From the UHGV virus genome UHGV-0326727: a stretch of 64,000 nt of DNA; one strand, 5' to 3'. This document shows positions 42,716-52,437 of the stretch, piece after piece (the stretch's first letter is position 1; each line of letters starts with the position of its first letter). The DNA comes from a virus. Made by a program: the position numbers and the translations under genes. Below the pieces are notes generated by a model. The model saw only the letters and a list, made by a program, of their open reading frames with translations, was not told the DNA's origin and did not search any database.

Positions 42716-42961
42716 TTGAGAGAGAATAAAATGTTTAACAAAAGTAAAGCTGTGAGTCATGTAGCAAAGGTTGACAGCAAGATTGAAGAACTTGAGCGCA
42801 TTCTTGCAAATGCCAGAGAGTCAATAATTAAAGAAGTTGAAGCTGTTGAATCTCAAATGCAGCACCTAATGCTTAAACGTCAAGAGTTACGTGAGCATCT
42901 GGAATATATTGAAACACGAGAGCTAAAAGTTAACAGATTTTTAAGGAGTCCGAATGTTTAA
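42716..42961 (+). CDS. Small coiled-coil protein (81 aa)
   Basis: ORF; Glu/Lys/Leu-rich. Confidence 0.35.
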   Translation: MRENKMFNKSKAVSHVAKVDSKIEELERILANARESIIKEVEAVESQMQHLMLKRQELREHLEYIETRELKVNRFLRSPNV

Positions 42962-43709
42962 CTCAAGAGAATCAGTAAAAAACTGGAATCTTCGTTGCGG
43001 AAACACCCAAAAGCAACCTTACAGTGATGAGTATTGGGAATCTTTGAAATCCCAGTCTCTGTGTATGCTTGAAGAAGCAAAAGAGCTTGTAAAAGCAATT
43101 GAAGAGAAAGACCCCATTGAGACATTGGATGCTCAGGCAGATTTGCAATATGTTCTTGACGGTCTGATTTACCTGTCACAACATGACCACAATGGCGCTA
43201 TGGAAGCTGTTTGCCATAATAATGACCTGAAGTATACAGACAACTATGAAGAAGCTTTAAAGCGTCTTGCAGATGTTGAGAAGCGTACTGGTCAAGAGTG
43301 TATCATCAGAATGTCAGTGGTTGATGGTAAAGAGTGGTATGCGATTGTCCGTGCAGCCGATGGGAAGATTATGAAGCAATCAAATCTCCCTAAAGTACAA
43401 CTTGGTGAATACATTGTAGAACTTGAAAGCCAAGAACTTTTTGTGGTAGTATCTGAGACATGCGTTATCTGCAAAGGTATTGTATGTAGCTTAAAGGATT
43501 TGGGTGTAGATGGTTTTGTAGAAGTTAATCCAATTACCTCTAAAGCAGATAAAGATTTCTGTAAAGAGAATGGATTATGGATTGCAGATATTGTCTACTA
43601 CGATGGTGAGCAGTTCCATGTAACCTCATACCCGAAACTGAATTATGATGCTAATAACCTAAAGTGCTGGTTAAAAGGGGTTGGTTATAATGGATTCACA
43701 GAACATTAA
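42954..43709 (+). CDS. MazG-like nucleotide pyrophosphohydrolase domain protein with extra C-terminal domain
   Basis: 251 aa; N-terminal EExxE ... D motifs (MLEEAKELVKAIEE, DAQADLQYVLDGL). Confidence 0.45.
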   Translation: MFNSRESVKNWNLRCGNTQKQPYSDEYWESLKSQSLCMLEEAKELVKAIEEKDPIETLDAQADLQYVLDGLIYLSQHDHNGAMEAVCHNNDLKYTDNYEEALKRLADVEKRTGQECIIRMSVVDGKEWYAIVRAADGKIMKQSNLPKVQLGEYIVELESQELFVVVSETCVICKGIVCSLKDLGVDGFVEVNPITSKADKDFCKENGLWIADIVYYDGEQFHVTSYPKLNYDANNLKCWLKGVGYNGFTEH

Positions 43710-44013
43710 TAAAGAAGGTGTGGCTCAGAAGAGCCACTTCTCAAACTACAATATTTCTATGACGGTGTTTATGAATGACCCGTTACTTGAGAAGTATGGT
43801 GAGACTCCAGATACACTTCTGGATAATGAACAAGTTTTAAAAGCAGTTCTGTACAAATACGGAATTGATATTGAGAAAGAGTATTCTTTTGAAATCTGTC
43901 AACACAGGAATACTTTTGGTAAAGTTGTAATGGCTCCACTCTTCATGGGTGTAGAAAGAACTGACTATGGTTGGTTATATCTAAAAAGAAACTTGGAGAA
44001 ATACCGTGTCTAA
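43681..44013 (+). CDS. Hypothetical protein (110 aa)
   Basis: ORF. Confidence 0.35.
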   Translation: MVIMDSQNINKEGVAQKSHFSNYNISMTVFMNDPLLEKYGETPDTLLDNEQVLKAVLYKYGIDIEKEYSFEICQHRNTFGKVVMAPLFMGVERTDYGWLYLKRNLEKYRV

Positions 44014-44347
44014 AGCCAAAAAGTTATCTTATGATGACATTATCTCAGGTGCTAAGTTAGGTGTTGATAGTATCGGACAAGACGTTAAGCACGGAGACAC
44101 AGTTATGTACTGTGATGACCGAAGAGGGAGAAGTGCAATCTTGTTTGGAAGAATTGTTTGCAAGATGCGAGGTAATTACGTTGTTGCAGACATGGATGTG
44201 AACGTTACACAAAAACTTGAAACACTTATGGATGATAATTCATCATCATCATGGTTCTTCCTGAATTGTATGCACACTTCTTCAGTCACAAAAGTAAGTG
44301 ATAAGTTTTACGATATGTGGCAGAATGAGCAAATTTTCAAGATTTAA
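44006..44347 (+). CDS. Hypothetical protein (113 aa)
   Basis: ORF; followed by terminator. Confidence 0.35.
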   Translation: MSKAKKLSYDDIISGAKLGVDSIGQDVKHGDTVMYCDDRRGRSAILFGRIVCKMRGNYVVADMDVNVTQKLETLMDDNSSSSWFFLNCMHTSSVTKVSDKFYDMWQNEQIFKI

Positions 44348-44354
44348 ACTAGGG

Positions 44355-44376
44355 GAGCCTCTTCGGAGGCTCTTTT
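44355..44376 (+). terminator. Rho-independent terminator (UUCG tetraloop)
   Basis: GAGCCTC-TTCG-GAGGCTC followed by TTTT. Confidence 0.7.
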
Positions 44377-44394
44377 CATCTGTAGGATTTAAAA

Positions 44395-46629
44395 ATGATT
44401 AAGACAATTAAAAAATCAAACGGTACAGTAGTAAACTTTGACCCAGAAAGACTGAATAAGTGGGCATCATGGGCAGATAAGCGTGGTATTATCTGGTCAG
44501 AAGTCACTATGGAAGCTATGAAACGTGTCTATGAAGGTTGCACTACAAAAGAGATGCACCAAGCCATGATTGATGTTTGTGTTGATAAACAAACTCAAGA
44601 GTACTCAGATATGGCTGGACGGCTACTTCTGGGAATTATCTACAAAGAAGCCTTTGGAGGCTTTACTAAGGTTCCTACGCTGGTTACCTTCGTTAAAAAT
44701 ATGGAGAGAGCAGGACTTTGGGAGAAGATGGACTATTCTCAGGAAGAGCTTGAATATCTGCAAGGGTACATTGTACACTCAAAAGATATCTCTTACGGTT
44801 ATGCAGTCCTGAAACAGTTCAGAGACAAGTATGGTATCCGTGATATTAAAACGGGAAGACTTTTTGAGTCACCGCAGTTTATGTTTATGGGTATGGCTAT
44901 GAAAGCCTTCGAGAAGCAACCAAAGCACCGTAGACTGCAAGATGTTATCAAGCTGTACACTTACCTATCTGACCTGAAGATTAACGCTCCTACGCCTTAT
45001 CTGAATGGTTTAAGAGCTACTAAATCAGGTTATGCGTCATGCTGTTTGATTAAGGCAAATGATACTGCTGAATCACTCGGTATTGCTGCAAAGGTTGCTT
45101 ATGATATGACTACAAAGCAAGCTGGTATTGGTATGTTGATGGAGACTCGCACTATTGGTGATGGTATTCGTCAAAATACTATTGAGCACATGGGTAAACT
45201 ACCTTATTACAAGCTTGTACGTTCATCTGTAGAGGCAAACAAACAGAAGAGTCGTGGTGGTTCAGCTAACAACTTCTACACTGCTCTAGACCCGCAGATT
45301 GAAGATTTACTACGTTTGAAGCACCCTACAACGGTTCCTTCAAAACGTATTAACGAGATGGACTACTCATTCGGCACAAATGATTATTTCTGGCAGTGTG
45401 TTCAATATGATACAGACTGGTTGCTATTCTCTTACAAGGATGCACCAAAACTCTATGACATGTTTTACACAGCATCTGCTGATGAGTTTGCTATGGCAGT
45501 TGGTCACGCAGTACATTCAGGCGTTAAGCACAGACGGGTGAAGGCTCGTGAAATTGCTAAACTGTTTATCCAGCAGCGTTATGCAACAGGCCGTGTGTAT
45601 CCATTCTTTACGAATAATGCAAACACACATACACCATTTAAAGAGCCTTTGAAGATGTCAAATCTTTGTATGGAAATTGTGTTGCCAGTGTATGGGTTTG
45701 AGAAAGAGACAGACCTTTACAGAGATGATGCTGTGAAAGAGGATGGTGAGGTAGCTCTTTGCTTCCTAGCTAGTTTGGTTGCAGGGAGAATTTCAGAAGA
45801 TGAATACGCTGACGTTGCTTATTATGCTCTTGCAATGGTTGACTCCGTTATTGACCTTATGGATTATCCGTATCCGTCGATGCGTAACCATGTTCAGAAG
45901 CGTCGTTCTGTTGGTATTGGCCTTACAAATGTGGCTCATTACCTTGCAAAAAATTACGTGAACTACTCTTCAAGAGCAGGTAAGACGAAGCTTCATGAGC
46001 TTGCTGAAATGCACTCTTACTACTTACACGAAGCTTCTTTAAGACTTGCTAAAGAACGTGGTGTACCTGAGTATATGCAGTTCACTAAGTATCCTGAAGG
46101 TTGGGTTCCTCCGAAGACAGCTAACAGTAAGATTGATGAGAAGCATGATGCAAAACTTCGTTATGATTGGGATGACTTAGCACAACGTATTAAAGAAAAT
46201 GGTGGAATCCGTAACTCTGTATTAGAAGCTTACATGCCTAATGAGAGTTCTTCACTGGCAACTAATACGACAAATGGCTTGTATCCAATTCGTGACTTTA
46301 TTTTAACTAAAAAGTCTGCAACTGGTAACGTACTGTTTATTGTTCCAGATTACGAAGAGTTGAAGTATGTCTATGAAATTGCTTGGGATATTGACACCTT
46401 TGACCTGATTGATTGCTATGCAATTGTTCAAAAGTTCACTGGTCAAGCTATCTCTTCAGATTTCTATGTTGACTACGCAAAAGCTAAGAAGGTATCATTG
46501 GCTCAAGCTTTGAAGTACATGATTTATGCCAACTCAGTAGGTATGAAAACCATGTACTACCTTAACAGTCGCATCGGTGTAGGTAAATCTGCACTGCAAG
46601 ATGCTTATTGCGAGGGTTGTGGTGTTTAG
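44395..46629 (+). CDS. nrdA: Ribonucleotide reductase class Ia large subunit
   Basis: 744 aa; N-terminal ATP-cone-like region; C-terminal Cys pair (YCEGCGV); followed by nrdB. Confidence 0.88.
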   Translation: MIKTIKKSNGTVVNFDPERLNKWASWADKRGIIWSEVTMEAMKRVYEGCTTKEMHQAMIDVCVDKQTQEYSDMAGRLLLGIIYKEAFGGFTKVPTLVTFVKNMERAGLWEKMDYSQEELEYLQGYIVHSKDISYGYAVLKQFRDKYGIRDIKTGRLFESPQFMFMGMAMKAFEKQPKHRRLQDVIKLYTYLSDLKINAPTPYLNGLRATKSGYASCCLIKANDTAESLGIAAKVAYDMTTKQAGIGMLMETRTIGDGIRQNTIEHMGKLPYYKLVRSSVEANKQKSRGGSANNFYTALDPQIEDLLRLKHPTTVPSKRINEMDYSFGTNDYFWQCVQYDTDWLLFSYKDAPKLYDMFYTASADEFAMAVGHAVHSGVKHRRVKAREIAKLFIQQRYATGRVYPFFTNNANTHTPFKEPLKMSNLCMEIVLPVYGFEKETDLYRDDAVKEDGEVALCFLASLVAGRISEDEYADVAYYALAMVDSVIDLMDYPYPSMRNHVQKRRSVGIGLTNVAHYLAKNYVNYSSRAGKTKLHELAEMHSYYLHEASLRLAKERGVPEYMQFTKYPEGWVPPKTANSKIDEKHDAKLRYDWDDLAQRIKENGGIRNSVLEAYMPNESSSLATNTTNGLYPIRDFILTKKSATGNVLFIVPDYEELKYVYEIAWDIDTFDLIDCYAIVQKFTGQAISSDFYVDYAKAKKVSLAQALKYMIYANSVGMKTMYYLNSRIGVGKSALQDAYCEGCGV

Positions 46630-46684
46630 TTTTAATAACTATGAGGGTCGTAAAAGACCCTCTAAAATTAACTTTGGAGAAACT

Positions 46685-46942
46685 ATGAAAGACCTAATAG
46701 AAAAACATGAGAGACCCATATACTTGTTCTACAAACCCCGCAAAACATTATACTACGTGAGCAGCACAGGCATCATGATAAAGCAGAATGATGACTTATG
46801 GGTCACTGGAGCCTCTTACATCTCTACAGCAGATGGTAAAATCTACGCAAGACCTTATGAGATGTTCAATGAAGAAAATTGGGAAGTTTTAGACAGAAAA
46901 CAAGCCTTAGAGATGATAAAGAAAGGAGAAATCACACTATGA
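46685..46942 (+). CDS. Hypothetical small protein between nrdA and nrdB (85 aa; start trimmed to ATG 46685 with GGAG RBS)
   Basis: ORF-track start 46601 lies inside nrdA; stop overlaps nrdB start (ATGA). Confidence 0.4.
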   Translation: MKDLIEKHERPIYLFYKPRKTLYYVSSTGIMIKQNDDLWVTGASYISTADGKIYARPYEMFNEENWEVLDRKQALEMIKKGEITL

Positions 46943-48012
46943 TTAACCAACACCCAATCTTTTTAGGATGTGAGAGAAAAACATTTGACTCACTTAATAA
47001 GCACTACCCAAAAATCTTTGAACTATATAAACAACAAAAAGCACAAGACTGGTCAGAAGATGAGTTCCCTTTTGAACAATCACGTCTTGATTTTGAGAGT
47101 GTGCCAGCATCAATGTCAGGTGTAATGCTTGAGATTCTTAAGTGGCAGTGGGAAGCAGACACCCAAGTTGCTAAGAGCTTAGCGTTTGCCTTTGCACCAT
47201 TCATCTCTGATGACATTTATGCAACTGCAATTGTGAAGCAGACTGAGATTGAAAACCTACATGCTCTCACTTACTCAGAGATTGTAAGGCAATGTATTAA
47301 AAATCCTGAAACAATCTTAGATGAGATTAACCAGAACATTGCTGTACAAGACCGATTAAAAACTGTGAATCGTGTTCTTGAAGAATTACTAGATGAAGGC
47401 ATAAACTATCGTCTGAGTTATGTCCGTGACTCTCTTCTGGACAAAGACCCTTTACACTTCCATAAAGTGGTTCTGAAAGGTCTATTTGCAGTGACTGCAC
47501 TTGAAGGTATCTCTTTCATGGCATCCTTTGCATGTACTTTTGCACTTGATGCTCAAGATAAATTTCAAGGTATTGCTCAAGCTGTCCAGAAAATTATGCT
47601 TGACGAAATCCTTCACACTAAAATTGATATTGAAGTTTTAAAAGAAACTTTAAGAGATGATGAGTGGCAAAAAGCTTTCCAACAAATTCTTCCAGAGATT
47701 AAAGTAATCTTAGATGAAGTAGTTGAAAGTGAAGAGAAATGGTCGTATTATATCTTCTCCGAAGGACGTGCTGTAGTTGGGTTAAATACAAAGCTTCTTC
47801 ATGAGTGGGTTTACTATAATGCTGCCCCACTGTATGATATGTTTGGCATTCCCAGAGATTTTGTAGCTCCTAAAGAACCACCTTTGAAGTATATGATTAA
47901 GAAGATGGAAATTGATAAAGAGCAGAATGCTAATCAGGAGCAACAGAACGGTGCGTATTTATTGAATACTGTTGTAGATGATTTGAATAGTGGATTTTTA
48001 GAGGTTCCTTAA
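46939..48012 (+). CDS. nrdB: Ribonucleotide reductase class Ia small subunit
   Basis: 357 aa from ATG 46939 (AAGGAG RBS); ferritin-like di-iron ligand pattern E...H spaced as in R2 proteins. Confidence 0.8.
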   Translation: MINQHPIFLGCERKTFDSLNKHYPKIFELYKQQKAQDWSEDEFPFEQSRLDFESVPASMSGVMLEILKWQWEADTQVAKSLAFAFAPFISDDIYATAIVKQTEIENLHALTYSEIVRQCIKNPETILDEINQNIAVQDRLKTVNRVLEELLDEGINYRLSYVRDSLLDKDPLHFHKVVLKGLFAVTALEGISFMASFACTFALDAQDKFQGIAQAVQKIMLDEILHTKIDIEVLKETLRDDEWQKAFQQILPEIKVILDEVVESEEKWSYYIFSEGRAVVGLNTKLLHEWVYYNAAPLYDMFGIPRDFVAPKEPPLKYMIKKMEIDKEQNANQEQQNGAYLLNTVVDDLNSGFLEVP

Positions 48013-48254
48013 TGACTTATGTAATTTACTCCAAAACTGGATGCCCTCAATGTGAGACTGCAAAGAATTTTGCAAAAGCTCGTGGTATTGACCATGTTGT
48101 GAGAATGTTAGGACAGGATTATGAACTGTCAGACCTGATGGATATTGCACAGATGCCAGTTCGTCAGATGCCATTCATCATGAAAACTGATGGTCAAAAT
48201 CTAAAACCTGTTGGAACGCTACAGAATTTTATGGCAGAGGTGAATAATGCTTAA
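48012..48254 (+). CDS. Glutaredoxin/NrdH-like redoxin
   Basis: 80 aa; N-terminal beta-strand plus CPQC active-site motif (VIYSKTGCPQCE). Confidence 0.65.
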   Translation: MTYVIYSKTGCPQCETAKNFAKARGIDHVVRMLGQDYELSDLMDIAQMPVRQMPFIMKTDGQNLKPVGTLQNFMAEVNNA

Positions 48255-48453
48255 ACGCCTTTGGGAAGGTTTGGTTGTTGATGCACCAGCTATTGTGATT
48301 GGTATGCTTGTTGTTAACCTATTTACTGATTTTGAACAAGGTTCATTGTTTGGAGCCATGTTACTATGGGTTATCTTTGAAATATTAGAAATACAGTTAG
48401 GCATCACTGAAAAACTAAGAGAACTCTTTTCGAAGTTTTCTAAAAAGATTTAA
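48247..48453 (+). CDS. Small membrane protein (68 aa, two predicted TM segments)
   Basis: Hydrophobic stretches AIVIGMLVVNLF and LFGAMLLWVIF. Confidence 0.4.
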   Translation: MLKRLWEGLVVDAPAIVIGMLVVNLFTDFEQGSLFGAMLLWVIFEILEIQLGITEKLRELFSKFSKKI

Positions 48454-48461
48454 AATGAAAG

Positions 48462-48482
48462 GGTCTCTTCGGAGACCTTTTT
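48462..48482 (+). terminator. Rho-independent terminator (UUCG tetraloop)
   Basis: GGTCTC-TTCG-GAGACC followed by TTTTT. Confidence 0.65.
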
Positions 48483-48501
48483 AGCATGTAAAGGGGCAAT
48501 A

Positions 48502-50646
48502 ATGAACAAAGTACAAATTATTAAAAAGAATGGCTCACTTGAAGAACCGGATATCAAAAAAGTTTTAGCAGCAGTAACTAAGTCAGCTAACAGGGTTGGA
48601 TATAAAGAACTTCCACCAGATGTTACCCAAGCTCTTGAGTCAGCATTTATGAGGATTCTGGTGAAGTCCACTAAGCAGAATAATTTGCTCATCTCAGTAA
48701 ACGATATTCACAGCATTGTTGAGGGTGCTTTGGCAGAAGTAAATCACGAGATTTATGAGTCTTACTCAACATACAGAAATTACCGTAAAGAGGTTGCTCA
48801 AAATTGGGATGAGCTTTACCAAAAGACCAGAGACACACTCTTCTTAGGTGACCGTGAAAATGCTAACTTTGACAGCAGTTTAATTTCTACAAAAGGCTCA
48901 ATTATTCGTGGTTACTTGACTAAAGAAATCTTTAAACAGTACCATTTAACACCAGAGGAACTCGAAGCCATTGAAAAAGGGTTTATCTACATCCATGACT
49001 TAAGAGACCTAATTTTTGGTGGGATTAACTGTTGCTTGTTTGACATTGGTAAAGTACTGAAAGGTGGCTTTGAAATGTCTGGCATCGAATACTGTGAACC
49101 GAAGTCTGTACTGTCAGCCTTACAAGTTATCGGTGATGTAGTTCTTTCAGCAACTGCACAGCAATTTGGTGGATTTACTTTAGCAGAGATTGATAAGGTA
49201 CTTGTACCGTATGCTAAGAAGTCTCTACGCTATCATGCTGAGAAAGCAGCATCTTATGGTATTCCTAAAGAACATTACCATAATTATGTCATGGAGCAGC
49301 TACAGATTGAATTAACTCAAGGTTTCCAGTCACTAGAGATGAAGCTAAATACTGTACCTTGTAGCCGTGGTGATTTCGCATTCACAACTTTAACATTTGG
49401 TTTACTTGACTCAGACATGTCTAATGAAGACAACCGACTACAATACATGATTGCAAACACCATTCTTGATGTTCGCATGAATGGACAAGGTAAGAGCAAG
49501 AAGCCTGTTGTATTCCCTAAACTGGTTTATATTCATGACCAGAAGAGACACGATGAGAATATCTGTCAAGGTCAACTGTACAGTAAAGCTATTGAGTGTT
49601 GCTCTAAAGCTATGTATCCAGATTTCTTAAGTGTATCTGGTCATGGTGCTGTAGCAGAGGCTTTTGAGCGTTCTGGCAAGGTAATTTCACCGATGGGTTG
49701 CAGAGCTTTCTTATCCCCATATCTTAACGAGAATGGAGAAGAGTTCTACGTTGGTCGTGCTAATATTGGTGCTGTATCTTTGAACTTACCTATGATTTAC
49801 CAGTATTCTAAAGAGAATGGTTTAGATTTCTGGAAAGAACTTGATAAGTACCTAGAGATGATTCGCAGCTTCCACAAGAAACGCTACGAAATGATTGCTA
49901 ATATGCCAGCAAGTTCTAACCCTCTTGCATTCACACAAGGTGGTTTGTACAAAGGAACTAAAAAACCTACCGACAAGGTTGGTTGGGATATCGTGAAGTC
50001 CTTCACAGCTTCTTTTGGGGTTACTGCGCTTGATGAGTTGTCTGTTCTTGCTGAAGGTAAACGACTCCATGAAGTTGGAAGTTCTAGTTTTGCATACGAT
50101 GTTCTGGCATACATTAACATGAAAACTGAAGAGTTTAAGAATGAAGATGGCTTCCTGTATGCAGTATATGGCACTCCAGCAGAGTCATTGTGTGGAACTC
50201 AGCTAAAACAGTTCAGAGATATGTTTGGTGTTATCAAAGGCGTTTCTGACAAGGAATACTTTACAAACAGTTTCCATATGAATGTTGCAGCAAACATTTC
50301 ACCATTTGAGAAGCAGGACTTAGAAGAGCCATTCTTCCACATCTGTAGAGGTGGCAGAATCCAGTATGTAAGGGTAGCTAACCCAGAAAACTTAACAGCA
50401 CTTAAAAGTTGTATTACCAGAGGGATGTTGAAAGGTTTTTATCAGGGGCTTAACTTTGACTTAGCAATCTGTGAGCATTGTGGTAACAGACCAAAGGCTG
50501 ATGTTGAAGAATGTGAGGTTTGCCATTCACATGATATCTCTGTGATTAACAGGGTGTGTGGTTATCTTGGATGGACTAAGATTAAAGGTGAATCCCGAAT
50601 GAATGATGCAAAAATTGCTGAGATTCGTGACAGAGTTTCTATGTAA
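48502..50646 (+). CDS. nrdD: Anaerobic ribonucleoside-triphosphate reductase (class III)
   Basis: 714 aa; C-terminal glycyl-radical motif RVCGYLG preceded by Cys-rich zinc site (CEHCGN...CEVCH). Confidence 0.88.
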   Translation: MNKVQIIKKNGSLEEPDIKKVLAAVTKSANRVGYKELPPDVTQALESAFMRILVKSTKQNNLLISVNDIHSIVEGALAEVNHEIYESYSTYRNYRKEVAQNWDELYQKTRDTLFLGDRENANFDSSLISTKGSIIRGYLTKEIFKQYHLTPEELEAIEKGFIYIHDLRDLIFGGINCCLFDIGKVLKGGFEMSGIEYCEPKSVLSALQVIGDVVLSATAQQFGGFTLAEIDKVLVPYAKKSLRYHAEKAASYGIPKEHYHNYVMEQLQIELTQGFQSLEMKLNTVPCSRGDFAFTTLTFGLLDSDMSNEDNRLQYMIANTILDVRMNGQGKSKKPVVFPKLVYIHDQKRHDENICQGQLYSKAIECCSKAMYPDFLSVSGHGAVAEAFERSGKVISPMGCRAFLSPYLNENGEEFYVGRANIGAVSLNLPMIYQYSKENGLDFWKELDKYLEMIRSFHKKRYEMIANMPASSNPLAFTQGGLYKGTKKPTDKVGWDIVKSFTASFGVTALDELSVLAEGKRLHEVGSSSFAYDVLAYINMKTEEFKNEDGFLYAVYGTPAESLCGTQLKQFRDMFGVIKGVSDKEYFTNSFHMNVAANISPFEKQDLEEPFFHICRGGRIQYVRVANPENLTALKSCITRGMLKGFYQGLNFDLAICEHCGNRPKADVEECEVCHSHDISVINRVCGYLGWTKIKGESRMNDAKIAEIRDRVSM

Positions 50647-50648
50647 AA

Positions 50649-50697
50649 CTTGACAAGGTGGTGTGAGTCTTGATAGGCTTACATCACCTTTTTTTAT
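50649..50697 (+). terminator. Terminator hairpin (8-bp stem, 19-nt loop, T8) whose 5' arm is the recurring CTTGACAAGGTG 12-mer
   Basis: AGGTGGTG/CATCACCT stem then TTTTTTTT; 12-mer identical to 35373-35384. Confidence 0.5.
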
Positions 50698-50801
50698 TGG
50701 ATGTTAGATATGGCAGAGAGTATTATTGGGTTGTTCATAGGTTCTGTCTTACTAGGGTTCTTTTTAGGACTCTCTTATTGTGAATTGAGAGATAAGTTAA
50801 A

Positions 50802-51002
50802 ATGTTTAAAATATCAAAAACGTTGATATACATACTCCACATTCTAATCTTCTTCTTTGGGGTTAGTGTTATGGTATGGGGTTTTTCAGACCCACAATGG
50901 AGTTTATCATATCATGGACAAATGGATTTATGGTCATGCTTCAAACCATTTTTAGGGTTAGCTATAGCATTCAGTGCATTACCAACTAGGGTGAAATTAT
51001 GA
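50802..51002 (+). CDS. Small membrane protein (66 aa)
   Basis: Two hydrophobic segments (LIYILHILIFFFGVSVMVWGF; FLGLAIAFSAL). Confidence 0.4.
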   Translation: MFKISKTLIYILHILIFFFGVSVMVWGFSDPQWSLSYHGQMDLWSCFKPFLGLAIAFSALPTRVKL

Positions 51003-51394
51003 TTAAGTTGAACCAAAAACAGTTAGAGTGGATTAAAGACTACGCCTCAGAGTGTGGCTCTTGCGAAAAGAATCACGTAAAATACTCAACATTCCATACA
51101 GTCTTCACATTGTACATCAGCGACAATGTTCTAAGTGATTCCGTGGAAGACGGTGTAGCGTTACCTAATGAGTTACTTGATAAACTAGCTGTAGTCACTG
51201 GAACTTGGTCTGAAGAAGACGGTCATGAATTATCTGATGATGTTGTCTTCTACACTCTTGAAAACATCATGAATCCAGAGTACATTATGCTAATGACTTG
51301 TGCACAAGACTGTGTGCCATTACAAAACTTCATTAAAGAACACTGTGAAGAATTTATTACTAAACAGGTTCCTTGTCAGGTAGTGTTTGAATAA
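50999..51394 (+). CDS. Hypothetical protein (131 aa)
   Basis: ATGA overlap with upstream ORF. Confidence 0.4.
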   Translation: MIKLNQKQLEWIKDYASECGSCEKNHVKYSTFHTVFTLYISDNVLSDSVEDGVALPNELLDKLAVVTGTWSEEDGHELSDDVVFYTLENIMNPEYIMLMTCAQDCVPLQNFIKEHCEEFITKQVPCQVVFE

Positions 51395-51429
51395 GTAAAA
51401 CAATTAAATAATATTGGTGAGGTAACTAG

Positions 51430-51915
51430 ATGAATTACATGGAGATTCGACCATTTGACACAGCTAATGGTGAAGGGGTTCGTGTAAGCCTCTTCGTAGC
51501 TGGCTGTAAACATCACTGTGAAGGCTGCTTTAACAGGGAGTCTTGGAAGTTTAATGCTGGTAAAGAGTTTACTTATGCAAACCTCTACGGCATCATTAAG
51601 TTAATGGATGATAATGCTATCAGTGGGCTGTCAATACTTGGTGGGGAACCTCTGGATGACAGAAACATTCAAGAGGTCACCAACATATGCAAGCGTATTA
51701 AAACTGTTTATCCAGAAAAGTCTATATGGCTTTGGACAGGTTTTCAACTACACGAAAAAATTCATCTAGATGTGATGAAATATGTTGACGTGGTAATTGA
51801 TGGTAAGTATGATTCTTCTAAACCAACAGTTAAACCATACCGTGGCTCTGATAACCAAAACCTCTGGAGAAAAGAATATGGGTGGCAAGGCGATTGTCAA
51901 TGGCGAGCAGAATGA
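51430..51915 (+). CDS. nrdG: Anaerobic RNR activating enzyme (radical SAM)
   Basis: 161 aa; CxxxCxxC cluster motif VAGCKHHCEGCFN. Confidence 0.82.
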   Translation: MNYMEIRPFDTANGEGVRVSLFVAGCKHHCEGCFNRESWKFNAGKEFTYANLYGIIKLMDDNAISGLSILGGEPLDDRNIQEVTNICKRIKTVYPEKSIWLWTGFQLHEKIHLDVMKYVDVVIDGKYDSSKPTVKPYRGSDNQNLWRKEYGWQGDCQWRAE

Positions 51916-52153
51916 TTATTCTGGCAAGTGGACTTATGACATCAACAAGTTAGATGCCTGGATTATTTATACAAGAGAAAAATTTGGTGCACATTCATTA
52001 TGTGCTCTTGCAACGATTGTAAAGAATGTCACCTTTGTCATACACGAGTCAGATAAATTTGGAGACTTCTACAGGATTCAAAACATGAGAGAGGGTATCA
52101 CTCCAATAGGAATCACTGAAGAAGAACTTCATAAGTTCTGCATTAAACTTTAA
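51878..52153 (+). CDS. Hypothetical protein (91 aa; start trimmed to internal ATG)
   Basis: ORF overlapping 3' end of nrdG. Confidence 0.3.
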   Translation: MGGKAIVNGEQNDYSGKWTYDINKLDAWIIYTREKFGAHSLCALATIVKNVTFVIHESDKFGDFYRIQNMREGITPIGITEEELHKFCIKL

Positions 52154-52168
52154 TGAGAGAGACTAAAA

Positions 52169-52435
52169 ATGGGAATTTTAGGTAATATGAAGGCTGGCTT
52201 CTTGAAGGCACTGGCAAAAGCAGCAGCAATCATTTCTATGACTGGAAAGCAGGTTGGTGTAGATGCTTCAGCAGTTGCACAAGTTCTTGCAAGCCAAATT
52301 GAACAGCAGCCTTACATCCACGTAGGTCGTGGCAAAGGTGGTAAAAAACAAGCACATCGACCAACTGGTGCAGCAGCAATTAAACGTGCAGCTAAGAAAG
52401 CTCGTAACCGTAAACGTAACAAGAAGGCTAAATAA
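52169..52435 (+). CDS. Small protein with very basic C-terminal tail (88 aa)
   Basis: C-terminus GRGKGGKKQAHRP...KRAAKKARNRKRNKKAK. Confidence 0.4.
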   Translation: MGILGNMKAGFLKALAKAAAIISMTGKQVGVDASAVAQVLASQIEQQPYIHVGRGKGGKKQAHRPTGAAAIKRAAKKARNRKRNKKAK

Positions 52436-52437
52436 TC

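Noticed and set aside
46601-46684. ORF-track start of the small gene between nrdA and nrdB
   Set aside because: The first 84 nt lie inside nrdA; an internal ATG at 46685 with an upstream GGAG is a more plausible start.
50649-50678. Sigma70 promoter reading of CTTGACAAGGTG at the end of nrdD
   Set aside because: No acceptable -10 hexamer at 15-18 nt spacing; the motif instead forms the 5' arm of a terminator hairpin followed by T8.
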